From a virus: a DNA stretch of 64,000 nt. How positions within the stretch are numbered: position 1 is the stretch's first letter; each line of letters begins with the position of its first letter. A model generated the notes under the pieces. It did not search any database and was not told the DNA's origin. It saw nothing but the letters and a program-made list of their open reading frames with translations. The DNA lies in IMG/VR virus record IMGVR_UViG_3300035670_012166, positions 5,915-69,914 of that record; one strand, given 5' to 3'. The position numbers were made by a program, and so were the translations under genes. Of the stretch, positions 50,519 to 59,009 are shown piece after piece.

Positions 50519-50956
50519 CTAATTAAGCAACTCTATCGGATCTAAATTTTTCAACTTTTTTACTAAATCTTCAAGCCTCTTTTTATATAATCTTTGAGCA
50601 ATTATATAATCCAATAATTTTTCTTTTAATAAATCTAAATCATCTTCGTTATTTTCGGCATAATCAAACACTTCATTAATTTTTTTTAAAAATGCAGCAT
50701 CAATTATGTCTTGTGCCTTTGGATTATCTGCTCGAAATCCAGACACATTAACATCCAATGAAGATAACACAAGGGATGTATTTAAGTTCCTTGAGCAGTC
50801 CAATAAAGTTTGCCAAGAATCTTTTTTGCTGATTATTTTATTCTCTTTTTCTTTGAGATTTTCCTGACTTTTGAACTTAATAATTCCATCATTTTTCTTT
50901 GAAAAATAATCTGATAAAAATTGTTTTTTCTCTTGAAGCCAACTCGTTTTGTTCAT
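50519..50956 (-). CDS. Hypothetical protein
   Basis: 145-aa ORF in operon. Confidence 0.55.
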   Translation of the reverse strand: MNKTSWLQEKKQFLSDYFSKKNDGIIKFKSQENLKEKENKIISKKDSWQTLLDCSRNLNTSLVLSSLDVNVSGFRADNPKAQDIIDAAFLKKINEVFDYAENNEDDLDLLKEKLLDYIIAQRLYKKRLEDLVKKLKNLDPIELLN

Positions 50957-50958
50957 CT

Positions 50959-51345
50959 TTATAATGCAAACTTAATATCAATAGCAAAAATTCTTGTCGA
51001 AATACCTTTAGTTTTCTTACCAGCAACATCAGCATTGTATTCTGATTGGCGGCAAACTAAAACAGAACCATTTGTTAAGCTTTCAACTTCTCGAGAAGCT
51101 AATCTAAAAGCTGTCATTGTAGCATTTAAAGCAGTAGGGCCAACAGATAAAATTCTAACATATTCGTGATCTTTAAGTACATGCAAAATACTTCTACTCA
51201 AACCTACTGGATCTGTTGGACGTTTAGTAGGATCTTCAGCATTAGGATCTCCACCTCTAGCCTTTAAGATCCTTGGGTCATTAGTGGGGTTCTTTGGTTT
51301 TTCTTTTGTAGCAATTGTGCTTACAGGTTCGTCATTTAATTCCAT
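50959..51345 (-). CDS. spoVS: SpoVS family protein
   Basis: LSRSILHVL...VRILSVGPTALNATMTAFRLA...LVC...ADVAGKKTKGI matches the SpoVS pattern (AGAIA...IQAIGAGAVNQAVKAIAIA). Confidence 0.7.
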   Translation of the reverse strand: MELNDEPVSTIATKEKPKNPTNDPRILKARGGDPNAEDPTKRPTDPVGLSRSILHVLKDHEYVRILSVGPTALNATMTAFRLASREVESLTNGSVLVCRQSEYNADVAGKKTKGISTRIFAIDIKFAL

Positions 51346-51346
51346 T

Positions 51347-52324
51347 TTAATTTTCCTCTATTCCAATCAAAGACATTTTCGTCTTTATATTTTCTACAGC
51401 CTTATTGAAATCTGTCAAGCTGCAATTGTATGTTTTTGAGTCATATTTCAATTTCGATGAACCATTTAAAATATTTGAAATAATTTTATTTTCTACATCT
51501 GATAAACTTAAATTCATAAGATTATTTATTTTATTTTCATCAGTCAAACTGTCATAGTAACAAACATCTTCATTATCATCTTCTTCAGACATATAAACAC
51601 TTAATGCTCTTGGAGAAACTGTTTGATAATCTGGATATAATTCATTAAACTTTTGAAACAACATAGAAGAATGTTTGGATAAAATGTGCTTCTTGATTAT
51701 TTCAGTTCTTTTCTTAACAATACAAATTTCACAACCACCATCTTTTGGGTTCGTGCAATCAATTTCGCATTCATAGCTTCTTGGCATTTTATGAGATTTG
51801 CAAAAACCACATCTTTCTAATTGCTCAAGAATTACACCTGTACTAACAAGATGATCCCAAAGAATATGATTATGATGATTTAAGATATGTGTTGATAGTG
51901 GATTTACCCATTTTTCACAAATTGGGCATTTTTGAGATGGATTTCTTTTACCAGCATTATCAGCTTTGACTAAATTAATATAGTTATGCTGTAATGCACC
52001 GATAAAATAATTCTTGAATTCCCCACTTCCTCCATAACGAGATACTTTTCTCGTATTGCGGGGTTTCCAATTTGATAAGACATTGCAGAAAATCTTTATA
52101 TAATCTGATGCAAAATCTTCTTGAGAATCATACAAGTAATGATATTGATTCCACCATTCTTGCATATGTAAATAAGGCGGATAAAGCTTACATACTTCTT
52201 TGTAATTACGATCTATCCGCCATTTATTTCCAGACAGTAAAGCTTCTTGATAACGTAGAATTGCCTTTTCTAAGTTCTCTTGAGTCTTAAGCTTATTCAA
52301 TCTTGTAATATCATCATTCAACAT
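51347..52324 (-). CDS. Sigma-factor-like protein with C2H2 Zn-finger insert (start likely ATG 52324)
   Basis: Region-2-like EDF......C.VL..W.P....FKNYF...L...YIN...KRN; CPIC..H...H and C..C...H....H. Confidence 0.45.
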   Translation of the reverse strand: MLNDDITRLNKLKTQENLEKAILRYQEALLSGNKWRIDRNYKEVCKLYPPYLHMQEWWNQYHYLYDSQEDFASDYIKIFCNVLSNWKPRNTRKVSRYGGSGEFKNYFIGALQHNYINLVKADNAGKRNPSQKCPICEKWVNPLSTHILNHHNHILWDHLVSTGVILEQLERCGFCKSHKMPRSYECEIDCTNPKDGGCEICIVKKRTEIIKKHILSKHSSMLFQKFNELYPDYQTVSPRALSVYMSEEDDNEDVCYYDSLTDENKINNLMNLSLSDVENKIISNILNGSSKLKYDSKTYNCSLTDFNKAVENIKTKMSLIGIEEN

Positions 52325-52374
52325 AGGTCCCTCTTTGATATTACAATTATATGAACAGTTTTTAAAATTAGAAA

Positions 52375-54171
52375 TCAAGTTGCATGTTTTATATCTTCAA
52401 TTATTAAAATAAGATTATTGTTGCCAGACCAATTGTCAAGTTCAATAGTATATATAACATCAACTTTGTCACCAACATTAAATTCTTTGCAAATATAACC
52501 TTTTCTCCAAGCATTAGCAGGAACCCAAGTTTTCTCACCATTTGATAATTTGAGTTTTGCATGTTTGCCTTGAGTTAATGGCTTTGCTTCAACTAATGTC
52601 ATATTTTTAGTTATGAATATAGGATTATGATTACCAGAACCAAATGGAGATAATTTGGATAAATGCACAAATGTTTTAATATTCAAATCACCAAACAACA
52701 TTCTGGCATCAACTTCAATTAATTTTTCAGAAGAAGGTTCACCCAATTTATCTTTAGCATATTCATTCAAGGCTTTTCTCATTGCTGGAATATTATCTAT
52801 GGCAAGCTCAAAACCAGCAGCAAAAGCATGACCACCACAAACAGTAGAACCGTCTGCTCTTTTCTTGAATAACTTCCAAGCTTCTTCTGACTTGAGAGCA
52901 TCCAAAATATTAAAATCACGAGTTGAACGACAAGAACCTTTAGCATATCCATCATTTTTATAATTACACACCAAAGTTGGTTTATTGTACATTTCAGCAA
53001 TTTTTCCAGCTATGAGACCAATTAAGCCTGGATGCCAATTAGGATCACCAAGTACAAGTATATGTTCATCTTCTAAGTTGAAATTCTGTTCAACAAAAGC
53101 AATAGCATCTTGTGTAGCTTTCTCTTGTTGTTCTTGTCTTTTAGCATTAGCATTATTTAATTGACGTGCTAAATTTGCTGCTGTTATATCGTCTTTTGCA
53201 AGCATTAAACTCAAAGCAGTACCAGCATCAGCAAGCCTACCTATAGCATTAATCCTTGGGCCAATTTGAAAGCCAATTGTAGTAGGAGTGACATCTTTTA
53301 CACCTGCTATTCTAAGTAATTCTTTGATTCCAGGTTTTCTACTATTAGACAAAATAGAACAACCATAATTTACGATTACTCTGTTCTCGTCTAACATAGG
53401 GGCAACATCAGCTACAGTCCCAAGAGCAGCAAATTCAATAAGATCATCAATGAAATCAAATAAATCTAATTCTCTGGTTTTAGCTAAAGCAAGCATTAAT
53501 TTAAAAGCAATTCCGCAACCAGCTAAAGCATCAAATGGATATCTTTTAAAATCTTCTTTAGCTAAATGCTCAAAATGTTCTCCAGGATAATTAGGGTCAT
53601 CTCTATTTGGGTTAACAACACCTATACAGTCAGGAATTTTTCCATCATCAGAAGGATGGTGGTGATCAGTTACAATCAAATCTAATCCACATTGTTTTGC
53701 ATATGTAGCAGTTTCAAAAGCAACAATTCCACAGTCAACACTCATCAACAATTTGGCATTTCTGCTTAATGCTTCATCAACAGAATGTACTTTGATGTCA
53801 TAACCATCTTCCATTCTATGAGGAACCTTATATTCAAAATTAGCTCCCATCTTTTCTAATGCTGTAACAACAATTGCGGTTGATGTAATTCCATCAACAT
53901 CGTAGTCACCCCATACAAAGATTTTTTCCTGATTGTCTATTGCTTTGTTTAGCCTGTTAACTACAACATCAACATCAGGCAAAGAAAATGGATTATGAAG
54001 TTTATTGATGTTAAGATTTAAAAAATTCTTAGCCTTTTTCTTATCATCAATACCTCTAGTAATCATCACTTGGGCAACAGGAATAGGTACTTCCAAATCA
54101 CAGGCAAGCTCTTTAACTTCCTGCATATTACAATCACGCATTTTCCAAATTGTTTCTAATCTATCCATCAA
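52375..54171 (-). CDS. recJ: ssDNA 5'-3' exonuclease RecJ (DHH)
   Basis: GDYDVDG, PHRMEDGY, SVDCGI, TDHHH, GTVADV, GSCRS, GGHAFAAG, PFG.GN..P.F. Confidence 0.92.
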   Translation of the reverse strand: MMDRLETIWKMRDCNMQEVKELACDLEVPIPVAQVMITRGIDDKKKAKNFLNLNINKLHNPFSLPDVDVVVNRLNKAIDNQEKIFVWGDYDVDGITSTAIVVTALEKMGANFEYKVPHRMEDGYDIKVHSVDEALSRNAKLLMSVDCGIVAFETATYAKQCGLDLIVTDHHHPSDDGKIPDCIGVVNPNRDDPNYPGEHFEHLAKEDFKRYPFDALAGCGIAFKLMLALAKTRELDLFDFIDDLIEFAALGTVADVAPMLDENRVIVNYGCSILSNSRKPGIKELLRIAGVKDVTPTTIGFQIGPRINAIGRLADAGTALSLMLAKDDITAANLARQLNNANAKRQEQQEKATQDAIAFVEQNFNLEDEHILVLGDPNWHPGLIGLIAGKIAEMYNKPTLVCNYKNDGYAKGSCRSTRDFNILDALKSEEAWKLFKKRADGSTVCGGHAFAAGFELAIDNIPAMRKALNEYAKDKLGEPSSEKLIEVDARMLFGDLNIKTFVHLSKLSPFGSGNHNPIFITKNMTLVEAKPLTQGKHAKLKLSNGEKTWVPANAWRKGYICKEFNVGDKVDVIYTIELDNWSGNNNLILIIEDIKHAT

Positions 54172-54926
54172 TATGCCCTTATAACCAGTTTTTTCTTATT
54201 ATTCGCAATCAAATTCTGTATCGTTTCATCTAAGAAAGATACATCATATTTTTGAGCAAAATCATCAGGATCTAAGCCTTGTGGCAAAATTATCCTTATA
54301 GCATTCAGTCCTAGATCTTCTATCTTACTAATGATTTTTTCTGAAGCAATTTTTCCAGCATCATCACTGTCCATTAATACCACGAGATTATCGCAAAATC
54401 TTGAAGCTAAAGCTACTTGATGTTCAGAAATAGCAGTTCCACACAAAGCTGCAACATTTTCTAGTCCATTATCATAAAGTGAATAAACATCAAAATAGCC
54501 TTCAGTAAGAATAAGATAATTCTTTTCTCTTGCCATTGTTTTTGCTACATCAAGAAAAAATAAATTTTTGTTTTTATGGTAAGGTTCATTTATCCATTTA
54601 CCTTTATTCCATTTATTTATTCTGTCTGAGCATTTAGCAGGTTCATGTCCATAAAGATCCCAAAATGCTTGCACTGTATGTTCTTTTAATTCTGGAATTT
54701 GCCTACCAGCTAATGCCAAAAAATTACCGTGAACATCTTTGATTGGAACTATTAATCTGCCTTTCAATAATGGAAATTCATATCTAGAATAAACTGGGCA
54801 AAAACCAATCAGATTGTTTTCAATTATTTTATTAGACAAATTTCTAGTTTTAAAATATTCTTGAACAGTATGATTATCTTTGAAGTTTCTTAAGAATTGA
54901 TTGTAGTTTATTTCAAAGCTGTTCAT
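54168..54926 (-). CDS. dnaG: DNA primase catalytic core (DnaG Toprim) lacking the Zn-binding domain
   Basis: GRLIVPI.D..G....AGR, K.IN, TEGYFDV, A..GTA, MDSDDAG. Confidence 0.85.
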   Translation of the reverse strand: MNSFEINYNQFLRNFKDNHTVQEYFKTRNLSNKIIENNLIGFCPVYSRYEFPLLKGRLIVPIKDVHGNFLALAGRQIPELKEHTVQAFWDLYGHEPAKCSDRINKWNKGKWINEPYHKNKNLFFLDVAKTMAREKNYLILTEGYFDVYSLYDNGLENVAALCGTAISEHQVALASRFCDNLVVLMDSDDAGKIASEKIISKIEDLGLNAIRIILPQGLDPDDFAQKYDVSFLDETIQNLIANNKKKLVIRAY

Positions 54927-55003
54927 TTGAATAATTGTATCATTAAAGGGGGATTTGCAGAAACATAGGAAAAAAATACTATCCTTTTTTATGCAGGTAT
55001 TTT

Positions 55004-55876
55004 ATGAAGAAAAATTTGTTAGATCAATTAAATGCTGAAATTACGTTATTAGAAAATTATGGCTATTACAAATCAGCAAGTATTCTTCATAAAAAATTTA
55101 TTCGAGAAGCACAAGTAGACCCTATATCTTATGACAAAGAACCTAGAGGAGATACTTATAAAAAGTATTTCTATAATCTTTTAAATTCTGCACAAAAAGC
55201 ACAAGATATAGAAGCAGCTAAAAATGCTATCAGAAGAGATGGTTTTTTATTAGAAGAAGATAAACAACAACTTATCGGTATGCTGCCTCAAAGTGTCCAA
55301 GCTAAACCTAACACTACTCCTGTTGCTACTACTGCTAATCCTGCTACTCCTACAAATCAGTCTACAGTAACACCAACAAATACTACAGAAATCGTAGAAC
55401 TAGCAAATGTTACACCAATAACAAGCCAACCTCAACAACCTCAACAACAATTGGCAGATCCTTCGCAAAATTTATTCAACAAATTATTGAATGAAGCAAA
55501 GTATTATCTTTCAATAAATGATTTTAATAATGCAGCTACTATAAGACAACAAGCAGCAGAATCTGAGATGTACCAAAACCAAAAAATTGCTTGGGAACAA
55601 CAATACAATATACTTGTTCAAAATTATTCTGGCACTGCTCCAAATAACCAAGCAAGCCCTCAGTACAATGCTCAAAATCAAGCTCAAAGTGATATATATA
55701 ATGCTGCAAAATCTATCGGGCTTGAGTATATCACTCCTGCAAATATTGCTTTTAGGGAACAACAAATTAGGCAAAAACTTTATCAATCAGGTAAGTTGAA
55801 CGCTAATACTCAGCAACTATTAAGACAAATTTCTCTTTCAGCTTACTATATTTCCAACCCCCAATCAAAAAAATAA
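55004..55876 (+). CDS. Hypothetical Q/T/P-rich protein with LDxxG-type leader
   Basis: ...LLENYGYYKSASILHKKFIREAQ. Confidence 0.6.
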   Translation: MKKNLLDQLNAEITLLENYGYYKSASILHKKFIREAQVDPISYDKEPRGDTYKKYFYNLLNSAQKAQDIEAAKNAIRRDGFLLEEDKQQLIGMLPQSVQAKPNTTPVATTANPATPTNQSTVTPTNTTEIVELANVTPITSQPQQPQQQLADPSQNLFNKLLNEAKYYLSINDFNNAATIRQQAAESEMYQNQKIAWEQQYNILVQNYSGTAPNNQASPQYNAQNQAQSDIYNAAKSIGLEYITPANIAFREQQIRQKLYQSGKLNANTQQLLRQISLSAYYISNPQSKK

Positions 55877-55899
55877 TCCCCTCAAAAAAGGGGATTATT
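55872..55899. terminator. Terminator between convergent genes
   Basis: AATAATCCCCT/AGGGGATTATT. Confidence 0.7.
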
Positions 55900-55902
55900 A
55901 GT

Positions 55903-57111
55903 TTAATCTAACATTTGTTTTGCAGCTTCATCAAATGAAATACCGTTATCATCATCGTCATCATCTTCATCAGATTCAGGACCTTTTTTGATAGCTTCTA
56001 AAAGATCATCAAGAACTTTTCCAACAATTTTCATTCTTCCACATATAAATTCAAAAGCTGTAGTTGAATTATCATTGCGAGTTCTCTTGACTGGTGCTGG
56101 CTGATTCATTAATAACTTACAGAATTCATATGGATCCTTGGATTCCACTACTTCACCAGTGTCAGCATTCAGATAGCTGAATTTCTTACGAACTTCTTTG
56201 ATATATTCAAAGCCTTTAGCTTTTGCCTTATAAAGAAATTCATCAACAGGATTAGTGGTTTCATCATCTGTAAACATAATTTTGAATTCACCAGTCAATC
56301 CAGGTTGACCATATCTAGTCTTCATCACAAGAACTTTAGATTTACCACCAATGACAACATCTTTACCTTCAGCATCTTTTTTGGTAACTTGTCCAGCTGC
56401 ACCATTGATTTTATTGATCCAAAGACGCATATGGGTAAAATAATTCATAGCATTACCACCAGAGGCAGTTTTAACCATAGAACCAGGCATTGCACCAGCA
56501 CCCATATAAAGTTGGTTAATTAAAACAACAATTGTACCTGAAGCTGCTGTTTTTGCAGTTAAATCTTTGGTTAATCGCTTTACAAATCTTGCATGAAGAC
56601 CAATTGTTTGAACTTGCTCCAAAGATTTTTCCATTTCATCATTTGGAATCATAGCTGAAACAGAGTCCACAACAATTACAGCGTAATCTCCAGACTCGAC
56701 CATAAACTTCAGGAGTTCGCCATATTTCTCTGCAGATCCAACGTTTTCAATTAGAAGAAGCTGTGCAGTATTAACACCACAAGAAATAGCTCTTAATGGA
56801 TAGTATGAATTTTCAATATTGAAGAAAACACACTTCTTGCCTTGCTTTTGAGCTTCAGCAATTAGTTTATATCCAAGCCAAGTTTTTCCAGATTGAGATT
56901 CACCACAGAATTCAATCAAAGTTCCAGTAGGAATACCCATACCAGAACCTAAAATTGAGTCTACCTCAAAAACTCCAGTTGGGATGAATTCAATTTGTTC
57001 AACATCACCAGTCTTGATACATTTTTCATCAACTCCAAGAGACTTCAGTTTTTGCTGAAGAAGTCTTTGTTGATCTTTATTTATAATTTCACTTAAATCT
57101 TTACTTGCCAT
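55903..57111 (-). CDS. recA: RecA/UvsX-like recombinase
   Basis: IPTG...D..LG.G.GIP.G...EF.G.SQSGKT, VVDSV, INQL, SGG.A. Confidence 0.9.
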   Translation of the reverse strand: MASKDLSEIINKDQQRLLQQKLKSLGVDEKCIKTGDVEQIEFIPTGVFEVDSILGSGMGIPTGTLIEFCGESQSGKTWLGYKLIAEAQKQGKKCVFFNIENSYYPLRAISCGVNTAQLLLIENVGSAEKYGELLKFMVESGDYAVIVVDSVSAMIPNDEMEKSLEQVQTIGLHARFVKRLTKDLTAKTAASGTIVVLINQLYMGAGAMPGSMVKTASGGNAMNYFTHMRLWINKINGAAGQVTKKDAEGKDVVIGGKSKVLVMKTRYGQPGLTGEFKIMFTDDETTNPVDEFLYKAKAKGFEYIKEVRKKFSYLNADTGEVVESKDPYEFCKLLMNQPAPVKRTRNDNSTTAFEFICGRMKIVGKVLDDLLEAIKKGPESDEDDDDDDNGISFDEAAKQMLD

Positions 57112-57123
57112 ATTATGCTCCTA

Positions 57124-57149
57124 AAAAGGGGTCAATTAAGACCCCTTTT
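57124..57149 (-). terminator. Hairpin terminator between the SSB-like gene and recA
   Basis: AAAAGGGGTC/GACCCCTTTT. Confidence 0.65.
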
Positions 57150-57154
57150 CATAT

Positions 57155-58162
57155 CTACTTCTTTCCCATCCATCCTAAAGAAACTTCATCATCATCATCG
57201 TCGTCTTCATCATCTTCGAAGACAGGCTTAGCAACTGGTTTCTTTTTTGGTGCTGGAGCAGGAACAAATTCTTCTTCATCATCTTCATCATCAGTAACAA
57301 CTGGTGCTGGCTTAGATGCAACCTTAGGAGACTCAACTGGTGGAGAAACCTTGTATGATGCAGAAACTACCTCTTCTTCAGCATTCTTTGGAGCAGAGAA
57401 CTTGAAAAGTTTAGTCAAAGGATAACCATAAGCAAAGAAATCTTCCCACTCTGGCATGTTAGGATCTTCTTCTCGATCAGACTCATAATTTGAACGCTCA
57501 CGAGTAAGATCTTCTGCAGATGGCTCACCAGCCTTACGAAGAAGCTCAATCATCTCATCAGTGATTGTTGTTGGCTTACCCTCAAAATAAAGAGTATATT
57601 CCACAGACTTAGGCGCTGGCATTCCAGTAGCAGTAGCAGTAATCTTGATGCAAGGAGCATTGCGAGTACCATAATGGCGACCATCACCATCTTCATTTTC
57701 TTCGTCTTCATAATTCTGAACAGTTTGCTCAGCAATGCGTCCAAAGATGCTCTTACCCTTCTTCAATACCTTTACTTGCCAGGAACCATCCTCTTGCTTT
57801 TCAAGAACATTTTGAGCATAAGTGGTAGAACCAATGTAACCCATTTTCTTCCAAGGACATTGAGATGGATCTTCATGACCAATACGAACAAAAGACTTGT
57901 TCAATTCAGCATCAGGGAATGGTACACGTTGAGTCTTGCCACGAAGAGCAGGATCATTGGTTGGGTTAGGAACATATACTTTATCAGTGTACTCAATAAA
58001 GGAAATTGGATCACCAATAAGTCTCATACGACGAACAACCTTTGGGCTGTCCTTTACAGACAAGTTTACAAGAATATCTTGAAAACGAGGAAAGTTTGTA
58101 CGAGGGGTGTTGGATGCTGGCTGAGCAGCAACCATCTTTGAAGCAGAAACACGTCGAATCAT
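57155..58162 (-). CDS. Putative gp32-like ssDNA-binding protein (start likely ATG 58162)
   Basis: RLIGDP...CP....Y...V....G..K......F core; Pro/Ala linker and acidic tail; GGAG RBS; next to recA. Confidence 0.55.
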   Translation of the reverse strand: MIRRVSASKMVAAQPASNTPRTNFPRFQDILVNLSVKDSPKVVRRMRLIGDPISFIEYTDKVYVPNPTNDPALRGKTQRVPFPDAELNKSFVRIGHEDPSQCPWKKMGYIGSTTYAQNVLEKQEDGSWQVKVLKKGKSIFGRIAEQTVQNYEDEENEDGDGRHYGTRNAPCIKITATATGMPAPKSVEYTLYFEGKPTTITDEMIELLRKAGEPSAEDLTRERSNYESDREEDPNMPEWEDFFAYGYPLTKLFKFSAPKNAEEEVVSASYKVSPPVESPKVASKPAPVVTDDEDDEEEFVPAPAPKKKPVAKPVFEDDEDDDDDDEVSLGWMGKK

Positions 58163-58250
58163 TTTATTTTCTCCAATTGGGCTCTTCCGTCCCACAATTT
58201 GTAGTTTACTGTATGTTTTGTGCTTGAGCAATAAGAATTTCTAAATATTT

Positions 58251-59009
58251 TCACAATCTAGAATTTCTTGTTTTCACTATAGCATTTCCCTTATTCATAG
58301 GAGTTTTATCTTTCGTGTAAAGATTTGACATACCCTCTGTATTAAAGGATTGATTAATTCTGGATAAAGCTTGATGCTCACGCAAAATCCTATCCATTTG
58401 TGATGCTGCAAATTCAATGTTTTTGAGGCATTGTTCCAAATATGTTAGCAGCCTTTTGGAATTTGTCATCGGAATGACAAATGGGTGTACAGTAAAAGCA
58501 GCATTAGCTTCTTTGTCTTTTGCTGTTCCTGTAGATAATCTTATAGCCATTTCTCTCAAGTTTTTATGAGCTTGAGAAATCATTTCAAAATGAGCATAGA
58601 CAACAGAAATTATTTCTGTCAATCTATTCCTGTATTGTACTTGTAAAGCATATGCAGCAGAAAAGGATTCAAAGGCATATTCATCTTTACTTGGAATAGA
58701 AATATCCCATTGTCTTATTTCAGTTCTTATTGCAATTTCGTCATACATAGGAAGTAAGCTAATTGCATCTTGCCAGTTTTGTACTTCATCAGTGAAAGAC
58801 TCTTCACTTATACCTTTTAATCGACTAACTAAATTCTTTGAAAAATTAGGATCTTGCCACGAAACTGTTTCAGGCATAGGAGCCCAATCTAGTTGTGCTA
58901 GTAGTAAAGAGTTTTCCTCATCAAAGTCATCATCATCTTCAGTTTTTATTTCAAAACTTGGATCGTCATATTCTTCGTAATCATCATAAATAGACATAAT
59001 ATTTATCAA
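58251..59009 (-). CDS. Hypothetical coiled-coil protein (possibly a UvsY-like mediator)
   Basis: Helical heptad pattern; lies between dnaE and SSB/recA. Confidence 0.35.
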   Translation of the reverse strand: MINIMSIYDDYEEYDDPSFEIKTEDDDDFDEENSLLLAQLDWAPMPETVSWQDPNFSKNLVSRLKGISEESFTDEVQNWQDAISLLPMYDEIAIRTEIRQWDISIPSKDEYAFESFSAAYALQVQYRNRLTEIISVVYAHFEMISQAHKNLREMAIRLSTGTAKDKEANAAFTVHPFVIPMTNSKRLLTYLEQCLKNIEFAASQMDRILREHQALSRINQSFNTEGMSNLYTKDKTPMNKGNAIVKTRNSRL

